Of a stretch of 64,000 nt of DNA, positions 49,401 through 57,989 are shown piece after piece. Under the pieces are notes generated by a model. That model ran no database searches, was not told where the DNA came from, and saw nothing but the letters and a program-made list of their open reading frames with translations. A program made the position numbers and the translations under genes. The number at the start of each line of letters is the position of its first letter. Position 1 is the first letter of the stretch. The DNA is taken from assembly GCA_044344255.1 (NCBI GenBank), contig JBIJDH010000005.1, positions 128,001 through 192,000 on the forward strand. The letters are read 5' to 3'. Source of the DNA: Myxococcota bacterium (lineage in GTDB: Bacteria; Myxococcota_A; UBA796; UBA2385).

Positions 49401-50131
49401 GCCGCCAGCACGTCGATGAGCTGGCCCTGGAAGGGCTTCTTGCCGGAGATGGCCTCGTAGAGCACCACCCCGAGGGCGTACCAGTCCGAGGCGGGCGAGA
49501 GGGCGGTGCCCCAACCTTGTTCCGGTGCCATGTAGGCGATGGTGCCCACCACCTTGCTCAGCCCGGCGAGGTCCCGGGCCCGCGGTGTCAACAGGGTGAC
49601 CACGCCGAAGTCGAGGATCTTCAGTCGGCCTTCGCGGTTGACGAGCACGTTGCTCGGCTTGATGTCGCGGTGGAGGTGGCCGGTGCGGTGCAGCGCGTCG
49701 ATGCCGTCTACGAGCTGGCCGGTCAGGGAGCGCAGCGCGTCGAGCTCGACGGGGTTGAGCTGGGGATCGGCTTCTCCAGCCTCTCGTCTGCGCTCCACAC
49801 CCCGTCGGACATGCTGGACGAAGGTGCGTCCGTCTACGAGCTCCATGGTGAAGAAGCACTGACGGCCGTGGGTCTTCAGCTCGTAGAGCGTGACGAGATT
49901 GTCGTGGACGATCCCGGCCAGCGCTCGAAACTCCTGCTTGAGGCGATAGATCTCTTCGCCTTCCGGCCAGTGGAGGGTCTTGGCGGCCATACGCCGCCCG
50001 GTGGCGTCTTCGACCTCGTGCACCACGCCCATGCCGCCGGAGCCGAGGCGCCGGAGGATGCGGTATTCACCATTTCCGTCGAGAGTTTCCACGCTCGGAA
50101 GAATATGTCCCGGCGGTGCTCGCCCGGCCAA
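46403..50131 (-). CDS. Ser/Thr kinase - AAA ATPase - TPR protein (PknK-like)
   Basis: GSGGMGVV, HRDIKPSN, DFG, GTIAYMAPE; FVGR, GAAGMGKS, WIDDLQWGD; helical C-terminus. Start uncertain. Confidence 0.9.
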   Translation of the reverse strand: MAGRAPPGHILPSVETLDGNGEYRILRRLGSGGMGVVHEVEDATGRRMAAKTLHWPEGEEIYRLKQEFRALAGIVHDNLVTLYELKTHGRQCFFTMELVDGRTFVQHVRRGVERRREAGEADPQLNPVELDALRSLTGQLVDGIDALHRTGHLHRDIKPSNVLVNREGRLKILDFGVVTLLTPRARDLAGLSKVVGTIAYMAPEQGWGTALSPASDWYALGVVLYEAISGKKPFQGQLIDVLAAKDARDLVPLRQVAPEVPPELEQLVWALLDPDPSRRPDAIGIRAALGVSRSPDLAAAPTFGEPIFVGRAEPLARLHEAFGAVRRDGAGLVQLSGAAGMGKSALVEHFLDELRQAGTAFSFTSRCHPAEHVPFQALDALIDGISRHLLQMSPLLRTRTVPPSAPGLVRLFPVLTGVPDIPWHSDEHRHGGPTEQRRRAFQALRELLGALGRDRPIVLWIDDLQWGDLDSAFALRELIRPPDAPPVLIVLSYRTEDRAEGALIGALQPDAPGMPEAPQVRIELGRLSNDEARVLVDRLLSDEGEAPVPISTLVAEGAGSPLLTAELTRSFRARAGGPPPSLQDLLRARVAALPAPARRLLEVVVVAGRPLDAAAATAAARVGDQAPRVTAQLFSAHLLRRVISGGQARLDLFQNAVREAVLASLDTPALQALHAELARSLVTLEGADPRHLIGHYLESGQTELAQAQAEVAAEQAMSTFAFHLAAEQFQLVLRLLPEGAARWHFLRRRAEALAASGLGGEAAVAFSEAARDLSRQAPNDPRRAELQRQAAEHWLRSGHLEEGLRTLESVLQGMDLSLPGNPTAALAALVLQRLRLRFRGLGYRERRAEDLEPATLQRVDACWATAVGLCWVDSVRSAVFQCRYTQLALDCGEPTRVARALGTEAAFISSEGGAPNRRRAAEALEAARRITAATADPAEAAITLICTSASTFFSARFREARDSAAAAEALLRAHRPGMTWELTNAHIFGMWSTAYLGELSHMRQRLPALLEEARERGNMLGAASLSTGLPNLAWLALDQPGQARRQADDAISLWSGESGFHTQHYMHLIARVHLDLYLGQPEAAWDRLSQAWPRMKNAQMLRLQMVRIEATHLRARVALTRLDAGTVRGTEAETLRKAIQRDARGLAAEDLPWGPNLSLSIQGALSFLSGRADEGLRLLDSAVRAFDEADMALHAAAARITLDHLGQPNPVGRAWMAREGVIDPLRLSRVLVPGWTGANPHR

Positions 50132-50226
50132 CCGCGCGCGTCGCCAGATCGACGGCTGGCCGGGCGCGGGCGGGGGTCGGCGAGAAAGTTTTGACTGCGC
50201 TTGCTTCCGGCGCCGCGACGGCTACC

Positions 50227-51183
50227 ATGGGCGCCGGAGAGCTGCCCATGTCGCGCCTCATTTCCGCGGAGCCCCCTCCTCCTGGTTCCGCCCCGCTGGA
50301 GGCGATGCCGGGGCGTTCGAGGGAGCCCGCCGAGCGCGGGCCCGGCGGCCTCCAGGTGTTCCTGCCGCACTTCCTCGCCAATGTGCTGGCGATGGTGGGT
50401 ATCGCCTGCTCGGTGTTGTGGGTGGTGCGCGGAGATCGGGCCGCCGAGCAGGTGCGCCTGGACGCGATGCAGGGCGAGCTGCGAGCGCTGCGCCAGGAGC
50501 GGGACCGGCTGAGTGACCTCACCCATGCGCTGGCCCAGGAGGCCCACGACACCGACGTCGAGGCTCGCCTCGTCCACGCGCGGCTCGAGCAGACGGAGGG
50601 GCGGCTCCAGGCCCTGACAGAGCCGTCCCGCGGTCGCGCGGCCGGTCGCTCGCGCAGCGCCGAGCTTGTCGTTGAGCTCCCGCGGCTGGCCGCCCTCGGC
50701 GCCGCCTCACCCGCTGGCGCTGCCTCGTCTGCTGCGGTCCACGCCCCGGCGGGGCTCGCGCCTGGGTTCGAGGCGCCGGCCGTCCCTGCGGTCTCTCCTG
50801 CGCGCGAGACCGGCGCCCAGGCCCTGGCCCGCGCCATCGGGGCCGGCCCCTTCGAGCCCTCGGAGGTTGAGCTCGACATCCCGCGACTCAACCCCGAACG
50901 CAGCCAGCTCGACCGCGATCGTGCCCTCGTCGCCTGGCGACAGGTGATGATCGAGGCGGCCGAGGCCGAGTGCGGCTCCTGGCGAGGCGCCGACGGGCGC
51001 TGTGAGTCGGATGTACGCTCCCACCTCTGGCCCTTCGGCCGTGAGGCGGTGGACTGCATGCTGTCGGGCAACGCCATCCCCGACTACGTGGCCCACATCC
51101 GGCCAGAGAGCACGCCCACGCACTCGATCCCGCTGCAGAACGGGGCCGTGATCCTCTGTGACGGGGCCCTCGACAACCCCTGA
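50227..51183 (+). CDS. Hypothetical membrane-anchored coiled-coil protein with Cys-containing C-terminal domain
   Basis: One TM helix, a coiled coil, a Pro/Ala linker and four Cys; start uncertain. Confidence 0.6.
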   Translation: MGAGELPMSRLISAEPPPPGSAPLEAMPGRSREPAERGPGGLQVFLPHFLANVLAMVGIACSVLWVVRGDRAAEQVRLDAMQGELRALRQERDRLSDLTHALAQEAHDTDVEARLVHARLEQTEGRLQALTEPSRGRAAGRSRSAELVVELPRLAALGAASPAGAASSAAVHAPAGLAPGFEAPAVPAVSPARETGAQALARAIGAGPFEPSEVELDIPRLNPERSQLDRDRALVAWRQVMIEAAEAECGSWRGADGRCESDVRSHLWPFGREAVDCMLSGNAIPDYVAHIRPESTPTHSIPLQNGAVILCDGALDNP

Positions 51184-51299
51184 CGCTCGACAGGCCCATC
51201 CCGTGAATAGCCGAAGCTTCGGGGCCTCCGGCGGGAGTCGGCGCTTGACGAGGGGTGAGCGGGGGCATAGGCCGTGCCCCCTGTACGACGGGAGCGTGT

Positions 51300-51620
51300 A
51301 TGGCCCGAATCACGGTCGAAGATTGTCTGGAACAGATCCCCAACCGCTTCTCGCTGGTGCTGGTCGCCGCTGAGCGCGCGAAGCAGCTCCTCAAGGGCGT
51401 GGACCCGCTCATTGAGGATGGGCGCACCAACAAGGAGGTGGTCACCGCGCTTCGAGAGATCGCGGCCGGTCGTGTGCACGCCGATCTCTCGTCCTTCGAT
51501 GAGAACGAGTCGCTGCGGAGCTTCGCCGGTCCCGCCTCTCGGGAAGACCTCCCGCCCGCCGCCGACGAGGACGACCTCCCCCCCGCTGCCGATGACGACC
51601 TCCCGCCGGCCGCTGATTGA
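51300..51620 (+). CDS. rpoZ: RNA polymerase omega subunit with acidic repeat tail
   Basis: [30 protein letters not shown]...[13 protein letters not shown]. Confidence 0.96.
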   Translation: MARITVEDCLEQIPNRFSLVLVAAERAKQLLKGVDPLIEDGRTNKEVVTALREIAAGRVHADLSSFDENESLRSFAGPASREDLPPAADEDDLPPAADDDLPPAAD

Positions 51621-51652
51621 TCAGAGACCCTGCAGGGTCCTCGGAGTACGCC

Positions 51653-51862
51653 ATGGAAAAGAAACTCGAAGCCCTCTTCGACAACCGCGTCGTCGAACGT
51701 CACATCGGCAAGGGCCTCACCGACCAGGCTGCGTATGAGGCGTATCTCGCCTCTCTGGAAGACGTGGCCGACAAGGCTCGTAATTCCGACGTGAAGTTCA
51801 CGCACTCGGGCTTCGGCCGGCGCGGCCGCACCTACCCGCTCTCGACCGACACCTCGGACTGA
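51653..51862 (+). CDS. Small conserved hypothetical protein
   Basis: GGAG RBS; FD.RVVER.I.KG......Y..YL.SL.DV..K pattern. Confidence 0.7.
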   Translation: MEKKLEALFDNRVVERHIGKGLTDQAAYEAYLASLEDVADKARNSDVKFTHSGFGRRGRTYPLSTDTSD

Positions 51863-51892
51863 GCGTTCGGGCGGGGAGCGCGCCGGCTCCGC

Positions 51893-53293
51893 TTAGACCT
51901 CGGTAGAGGCCTCTCCTTCGGCGGCGGAGGTCGCCGCGCCGGGGCGAGCGCCGCGTGGGAGGAGCCAGCGGCCCAAGAGATAGCCGCCGACCCCCGTCAC
52001 GCTGGAGGCCCCGAGTACCGCCAGCTTCGCGGTCTCCAGCGTCGGGCCCGGTGGGAAGGCGAGCTGGGCGATGAAGAGGGCCATGGTGAAGCCGATGCCG
52101 GCGACGCCGCCCACGACGGTGATGTCGGTCCAGCGTATGCCGCGGGGCAGCGCGGCGAGGCCGAGCGCCGTGGCTAAGCGCGCCAGGGTGAAGACGCCGA
52201 CGGCCTTACCCACCGCGAGGCCGACCGCGATGCCCGCGAAGACGCGCCAGCCTCCCCCCTGGAGGTTGAGGGATCCGAGCGAGACGCCCGCGTTCGCGGC
52301 GGCGAAGAGGGGCATGACCAGCCAGGCGACCCAGCCGTGGAGGGCGTGCTCGAGCCGCTCGACCGGCGAGATCGCCTCTCTCGCCGCTCGGGAGACCGTG
52401 TCGAGCTCCTCTTGGATGTCGAACCCACCCTCCCGGGTGACCTCCCGCACCCGCCGCGCGGCCTCCTCCGCTGCATCCGCGAAGGCGTTCGGACCGAGCC
52501 ACACGCCCACGGGGGTGGCCAGGCCGATGAGCACGCCGGCGAGGGTGGGGTGCACCCCCGAGGCGTAGGTGGCGCCCCAGGTGAGGAGCGCGGGCCCGAC
52601 GTAGGCGGCGGTGCTCCGGACCCCGAAGAGCTGAAGCCCGCCAATGGCCGCGAGCCCGAGGCCCGCGAGCCCGAGGGCGCCCGGGTGGACACCTCCCGAG
52701 TAGAACAGCGCGATGACGACGATGGCGCCCACATCGTCGATGACGGCGAGGGCGAGCAGCAGGACGCGGAGCGCGGGGGGGACCCGGTCGCCGAGGAGGG
52801 TGAGGGCGCCGACCGCGAAGGCGATGTCGGTGGCCATCGGCACTCCCCAGCCGGCCGCGGCGACGGTGCCGGCGTTGAAGGCCACGTAGATGAGCGCCGG
52901 GACGATCATGCCACCCAAGGCCGCCGCGATCGGCAAGGCGGCCCGGCGGAGCTCACTCAGCTCTCCGCGGTAGGCCTCTCGGCGGATCTCGAGGCCGACC
53001 ACGAAGAAGAAGACCGTCATCAGGCCGTCGTTCACCCACCAGCGGAGGTCGCGGGAGAAGGAGAACGGGCCGAGATTGAAGCCAAGGGGGGTGGTCCAGA
53101 GCGCCTCGTAGAGGTTCGCCCAGGGTGTGTTGGCCCAGACCAGCGCGGCGGTGGCAGCGCAGAGGAGGACGACGCTGCTCGCGGCCTCGACCGCGAGGAA
53201 GCGCTCCACCGGCGCCCGAAACAGGCGGGCGAGGCGACGGGCGGGCGACCAGGAGCGGGGAGGGGCCGAGGTGGGGCCCGGAGGAGCGCGCAT
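51893..53293 (-). CDS. nhaA: Na+/H+ antiporter NhaA
   Basis: WVNDGLMTVFFFVVGLEI, GWGVPMATDIAFA, LAVIDD, GIGFTMALFI. Confidence 0.95.
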   Translation of the reverse strand: MRAPPGPTSAPPRSWSPARRLARLFRAPVERFLAVEAASSVVLLCAATAALVWANTPWANLYEALWTTPLGFNLGPFSFSRDLRWWVNDGLMTVFFFVVGLEIRREAYRGELSELRRAALPIAAALGGMIVPALIYVAFNAGTVAAAGWGVPMATDIAFAVGALTLLGDRVPPALRVLLLALAVIDDVGAIVVIALFYSGGVHPGALGLAGLGLAAIGGLQLFGVRSTAAYVGPALLTWGATYASGVHPTLAGVLIGLATPVGVWLGPNAFADAAEEAARRVREVTREGGFDIQEELDTVSRAAREAISPVERLEHALHGWVAWLVMPLFAAANAGVSLGSLNLQGGGWRVFAGIAVGLAVGKAVGVFTLARLATALGLAALPRGIRWTDITVVGGVAGIGFTMALFIAQLAFPPGPTLETAKLAVLGASSVTGVGGYLLGRWLLPRGARPGAATSAAEGEASTEV

Positions 53294-53364
53294 GGCGACC
53301 TCTCGTGGCTGGCGGCCCGACCAGCGCTGATCCTGCAACGAAGACCGCTGCACCCGTCTGTCGG

Positions 53365-53976
53365 CTATTTTGCGGGCGCAGCTTTGTCGACGGGGCAGGA
53401 GAGGCGGGCGACCAGCGCCGGCAGACCGATCAGCGCCCGACCGCGGTGGCTGACGCGGTTCTTCTCCGCCATCGAGAGGTCAGCCATGCAGCGGCCGGGG
53501 ACCTCGTCGGGCCAGAAGAGGGGGTCGTATCCGAAGCCCTGGCTGCCTTGGGGCAGGTGGCCGATGTGGCCCTCGCAGGCGCCCGAGAGGGTGGCTTCGC
53601 CGCCGGGGCCGACCACCGCGATCACGCAGCGAAAGCGCGCCCGCCGATCGGTGACGCCGTCCAAGGCCCGCAGCAGCGCTCGATTGTTGGAGGCCGCCGT
53701 GGCCTCCGGCGTGTACCGCTTGGAGTGAACCCCGGGGGCGCCGCTAAGGGCCTCCACTTCGAGACCGGAGTCGTCTGCGACCGAGAGGAGCCCGGTCTCG
53801 GCGTAGACAAAGCGGGCCTTCTGGAGCGCGTTCGCCTCGAAGGTGTCGCCGTCCTCGGGGGGCTCGGGCACTCGGGGGTGCACGTCGAGCCCCTCGACCT
53901 GGAGGGGCTGCCCCGCGAAGAACGCTGCCACTTCCTCAAGCTTGTGGGCGTTCGTGGTGGCGAGGAGGATGCGCAT
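53365..53976 (-). CDS. rdgB: Non-canonical purine NTP pyrophosphatase RdgB/HAM1
   Basis: ATTNAHK, TFEANALQKA, ADDSGLEV, GFGYDPLF, EKNRVSHR. Confidence 0.95.
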   Translation of the reverse strand: MRILLATTNAHKLEEVAAFFAGQPLQVEGLDVHPRVPEPPEDGDTFEANALQKARFVYAETGLLSVADDSGLEVEALSGAPGVHSKRYTPEATAASNNRALLRALDGVTDRRARFRCVIAVVGPGGEATLSGACEGHIGHLPQGSQGFGYDPLFWPDEVPGRCMADLSMAEKNRVSHRGRALIGLPALVARLSCPVDKAAPAK

Positions 53977-53996
53977 GGGACGCTCCGACGGGGCGC

Positions 53997-55346
53997 TCAG
54001 GTGGCGCCGGCGTAACGCCGCGCCTTGTCGATGCGGCTCCGGCACTTCTCGATGCCGAGCAAGGCCAGCACCGGGGCGAGCTGGGGGCCCTCGCGGTTGC
54101 CGGTGAGCACCATGCGCAGCGTGCCCAGCGCGCGTCCCGGAGCTTCGGCCTTGGCGCGGAAGCGGAGCACGGCCTCTTGCCACTCGGCGTCGCTGCCGGT
54201 GGTGACCACCTCCAGCGCCCGCTCGAATTCGGTCACCAGGGCCTGCGTGGTGGGCAGGCGGATGGTGCGGGCCATGTCCTTGTCGTAGTCCACTGTCGGG
54301 ATGAGCAGCAGGGAGGCCAGCAGCTCGGCGTCGGCCAACGTGTTCATCTCGGCGGTCGCGGTGGCGACGAAGCGGGCCTGCCAGCCGGCCTCGCGCTCGG
54401 CGATGGGGTAACCGCGGCGGGTGAGGTGCTCAGAGACGGCCTGGATGCGCTCGGCCTCGGGTAGGGCCCGGAGCACCGCGCCGTTGGCGGAGCGGAGGGA
54501 GGCGACGTCGAGGTCGGGGACGACGCTCGCGAGGTCGGTGAGCGAGAAGCGGGCCGCCATCGCGGCGACGTCGATGTCATCGCCCGGATCCCAGCCGGCG
54601 CGAGCGATGGCCTGAATCACAGCGCGGGGGTGGTAGCCGCCCGCCCGCAGCTCACCGATGGCCAGCGCACCGGCGGTGCCCTTCCATTCGGGGAGGATGG
54701 CGAGGCGGGGGAGCTCCCAGCCGAGGGCCTTGGCGATGATCGCCCGGTAGGGGATCTCGGCGGCGAAGCGCTCTTCGACCATCCCGATGTCGGCCTTGGC
54801 GACCTGATCGTCGACCAGGGCGGCGAAGGCGGGCATCGGCCCCCCCTCGCTCCGCGTGAGCGCGAAGTCGAAGTCGGGGGCGGCCGTGGAGCTGCGCCCC
54901 TCGACCGTGGTGATGGTGACGGAGGTACCGGGAGGCACGATCAGCCGGATGCTCGGCGCGCGCCCGCCCTTTCGGAGGGCCTTGCGGTCATCCTCGGAGA
55001 GGAGCCGGCAGCGGCCGTCGTATTGCACCGCCTCCGGGATCCCGGAGCTGTTCGGCTGCATCTCACGGAACTCGGTCGCACCGCAGAAGCACTGGTAGGC
55101 GTGCCCGCTGGCGATGAGCCCGTCGCAGGTCGCGGCGTAGCGGTCCACGCGGGGAGCGCTGGTCATGCCGTCTGGCTCGACGCCGAGCCAGGCGAGGTCG
55201 TCGAGGGCGGCGGGGCTCTCGTTGGAGGCCACGACGTGGCCGCCCTGGGCGCGGGTCCAGAGCGTGCTGAAGAGGCTGAGGCGAGCCTGGGCCAGATCCA
55301 GCGATCGACCCGGCAGGAAGTGCAGGCGGAGGCGCAGCTCGGACAG
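53997..55346 (-). CDS. Degenerate glutamyl-tRNA synthetase-like protein (no HIGH or KMSKS motif)
   Basis: L.WLG...D, AYQCFC, YDGRCR, GY.P.A, anticodon domain LR..LTG...GP.L....LLG. The reading frame extends upstream of the track ORF to CTG 55346, which has a GGAG 6 nt upstream. Confidence 0.75.
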   Translation of the reverse strand: MSELRLRLHFLPGRSLDLAQARLSLFSTLWTRAQGGHVVASNESPAALDDLAWLGVEPDGMTSAPRVDRYAATCDGLIASGHAYQCFCGATEFREMQPNSSGIPEAVQYDGRCRLLSEDDRKALRKGGRAPSIRLIVPPGTSVTITTVEGRSSTAAPDFDFALTRSEGGPMPAFAALVDDQVAKADIGMVEERFAAEIPYRAIIAKALGWELPRLAILPEWKGTAGALAIGELRAGGYHPRAVIQAIARAGWDPGDDIDVAAMAARFSLTDLASVVPDLDVASLRSANGAVLRALPEAERIQAVSEHLTRRGYPIAEREAGWQARFVATATAEMNTLADAELLASLLLIPTVDYDKDMARTIRLPTTQALVTEFERALEVVTTGSDAEWQEAVLRFRAKAEAPGRALGTLRMVLTGNREGPQLAPVLALLGIEKCRSRIDKARRYAGAT

Positions 55347-55376
55347 GGGGTGCTCCGGGATCGGCGGGGTTCGCGA

Positions 55377-55880
55377 TCAGGCCGTGGCGGGCGGCGGGGT
55401 GAAGATCTGACCGATCTCGTCCTGGATCGTCTTCTCATCGGTGTCTTTGGCCACCGAGATCTCCTGTACGAGCAGGCTGTGCGCCTGATCGTACATCTTG
55501 CGCTCCCCGAAGGAGAGGTTCTTGTCCATGCGGAGCAGCGCGAGGTCACGGAGGACCTTGGCTACCTCGATGGGATCGCCGGTCTGGATCTTGTTGAGGT
55601 ACTCGCGATACCGCCGATTCCAGGTTTGGTTGTCGGTGGGCACGTCGCGGTCGCGGAGGACCTCGTAGACCTTGTCGACCTGGACCAACGAGATCACGCC
55701 GCGCATGCCGAGCGCGCTCGCGTTCTGGACGGGGACGCGGATCGTCATCCCGTTGTCGAGGATCTTGAGGACGTACATCGTCTGGCGGATGCCGTCGTAA
55801 TCAGAGGTCTCGACGCCTTTGATGACCCCGACACCGTGACCCGGGTAGACTGCCTTGTCCCCGACCTTGAAGTCCATCAT
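55377..55880 (-). CDS. cdnL: CarD/CdnL family RNA polymerase-binding regulator
   Basis: FKVGDKAVYPGHGVG, TWNRRYREY, LSFGERKM. Confidence 0.93.
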   Translation of the reverse strand: MMDFKVGDKAVYPGHGVGVIKGVETSDYDGIRQTMYVLKILDNGMTIRVPVQNASALGMRGVISLVQVDKVYEVLRDRDVPTDNQTWNRRYREYLNKIQTGDPIEVAKVLRDLALLRMDKNLSFGERKMYDQAHSLLVQEISVAKDTDEKTIQDEIGQIFTPPPATA

Positions 55881-56133
55881 CCACTCCACAATGCGACCCA
55901 CAATGCGACCAGGGACCCTCAAGACCGAGCGGTGATGGCTCGATCAGATCCGCAGGCTCCCTCTGTTCGCCGACTTTTCCGGAGCCTGGCACCTCGTTGG
56001 AGGAGCGACGAGCGGTTCCGGTTCTGCGAAGCCGAGGTATTCTGCGGCGGGCGCATTATATGCACCGGCCGCCGTTGGTCAACCCTCTGCAAGCGCTTGG
56101 TTGAAGGGAGCCCTGGACCGTGGGGTCTGCCCG

Positions 56134-57141
56134 ATGAGCCCGCTCTCCCGCCTGGTCGTCGCGCCCGTGCTGCGCCCGATGTTGTTGTCCTGGGGGGCGA
56201 TCACCGGCCTCGGCCTTGCCTTGTTCGCGGCGCAGGCCCTGGCTCGAGCCCCTGTGCTGCCCTCGCCGGTGGGGGCGCTCTGGGTGCTGCTCGGCTTGCT
56301 CCCCGCGGTGGCCGCGGTGGGGCTGCCGGTGAGCCTGCTCTTCGGGGTGGTGGCCGCCGCCGAGCGGAAGGCCCGCGAGGGGGAGTGGTTGGCCCTCGCC
56401 GCCTCGGGGCTGCCGGCTCGCCGCCTCGCGCCCCCCTTGCTCGTGCTCGGTTTGGTCGGCGGGATCGTCGAGGCCGGCCTGACCCACGGGCTCGAGCCGA
56501 TGGGGAGGGCGACCGTGCGCCGTGCGCTCGAGGGGGCCGTGTCGGAGCTCCGGCTGCAGCCGGGGCAGCCCGCGGTGATCGGCGAGCTGCTGCTGCTGGC
56601 GGGTGGGGTGGAGGGGCCGCGGATGACCGACCTCTTCGTCGCCGTCGGGGACACCGCGCTCGCCGCGCGAGGGGGGCGGGTGGAGGCGGGCGTGCTGGTC
56701 GTGACCGACGGCGAGGCCGAGGGCCGCGGGGCGGGCGGTGGGGCCTCTCTCTGGTCGCTCACCTTCGAGCGCGCCCGCCTCCCGCTCGCGGCGGGTGGCC
56801 TGCGGGTGGAGGCGGCGGAGCGAGACGACCGCGCGCTGCTCGACCTCATCGACCGGATGGAGGCGAAGGGGCGGCGAGCCGACTTCGAGCGGATGACGCT
56901 CTACAAGCGCAGCGCCCTGCCCCTGTCGGTGCCGCTGCTCACCCTGCTCGGGCTCCCGCTCGGCGCTCGGCGGGCGCGCCCGGCCTTGGTCGCGGCGGGG
57001 ACGGTGCTCGGGTGGTGGGTGTTGATGCGGCTCAGCGATCAGTCGGTCTCGACGGTGGGGGCCCTCTTGGCGAGCGGGATCCCGCCAACTGCGCTCGCGA
57101 TCGCCGCCCTGGTGGGCTGGTCGCGCTGGGGGGCGCGTTGA
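56134..57141 (+). CDS. LptF/LptG family permease
   Basis: LP.SLLFG, EGEWLAL.ASG; 3+3 TM arrangement with periplasmic domain; R.ALP. Confidence 0.75.
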   Translation: MSPLSRLVVAPVLRPMLLSWGAITGLGLALFAAQALARAPVLPSPVGALWVLLGLLPAVAAVGLPVSLLFGVVAAAERKAREGEWLALAASGLPARRLAPPLLVLGLVGGIVEAGLTHGLEPMGRATVRRALEGAVSELRLQPGQPAVIGELLLLAGGVEGPRMTDLFVAVGDTALAARGGRVEAGVLVVTDGEAEGRGAGGGASLWSLTFERARLPLAAGGLRVEAAERDDRALLDLIDRMEAKGRRADFERMTLYKRSALPLSVPLLTLLGLPLGARRARPALVAAGTVLGWWVLMRLSDQSVSTVGALLASGIPPTALAIAALVGWSRWGAR

Positions 57142-57971
57142 CCGCCCCCCGCCTCGTCTTCAGAGCGGTGTTCGGCTGGACCGCCCTGGTGCTGCTGCTG
57201 GCCCTCGGCCTCGTCACGTTGACCACCGCCGTCGAGACGACGGCCTCGGCCCCGCACGCACTCCTCGCCGCCCTCCTCCGCGGCCCGGGCCTGCTGCTCC
57301 CGCTGCTCCCTGCGGCGGTGGGCCTCGGCGCGGGCCTCGCGGCGGCGCGGATGGAGGCGCGGGGTGAGCGCGCGGCGCTCCAGGCCTCGGGCCTCGGGCC
57401 AGGGCGCACGGGGCGGGCGGCGGCGGCGGCGGGGCTGCTCTGGGCCCTGCTGGGGGCGGGGCTCCAGGGCGGCCTCGTCTGGCCGGCGGAGCGCGCGGCC
57501 CGGGCCTGGGTGCCGGCGCCCACCGCCGACTGGGTGCTGCTCGACGGCCTCGCCCTCCGCCCCGCGGACGAGACCGCGATCCGGGTCGGCGAGGGTCGGC
57601 TCGAGCGGGTGGCCGCGGGGGAGATCGATCCCGCCCGCTTCGTCGAGGCCCGGGAGCTCGAGCGCCCCGCCCAGAGCCGCCTCCCGCTGCTGTGGTCCCA
57701 CGGCGGCCCGGCCGGCCTCCGAGAGCTCCAGGGTCGAGGCGGGCGGCTGGTCCAGGCGGGCCTCTTGGCCTGGCTCTGCTGGCTGCCCCTCGGCCGCTCA
57801 CCGGGGTCGCAGGTGGGCCTCGCCTTGCTGCTCAGCCTCGGGCTCTGCGGTGGGGACCTCCTCTTCGGCGCCCTCGCTGCCCAGGGCCGCCTCGGTGGGC
57901 TCGTCGCCGTGGGCCTGCCGGTCGTCATCCTCTCCGCGATCCTGGTCTTCGGCCTGCGCCGGCGCGGCTGA
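57138..57971 (+). CDS. LptG-like permease (short, divergent)
   Basis: TTGA overlap; LLP....G, RGE.AAL.ASG. Confidence 0.65.
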   Translation: MTAPRLVFRAVFGWTALVLLLALGLVTLTTAVETTASAPHALLAALLRGPGLLLPLLPAAVGLGAGLAAARMEARGERAALQASGLGPGRTGRAAAAAGLLWALLGAGLQGGLVWPAERAARAWVPAPTADWVLLDGLALRPADETAIRVGEGRLERVAAGEIDPARFVEARELERPAQSRLPLLWSHGGPAGLRELQGRGGRLVQAGLLAWLCWLPLGRSPGSQVGLALLLSLGLCGGDLLFGALAAQGRLGGLVAVGLPVVILSAILVFGLRRRG

Positions 57972-57989
57972 TCGGCGCGCGGGAGCGGT

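Noticed and set aside
55987..56002. Sigma54 promoter TGGCAC upstream of the lptF-like gene
   Set aside because: No GC at the -12 position.
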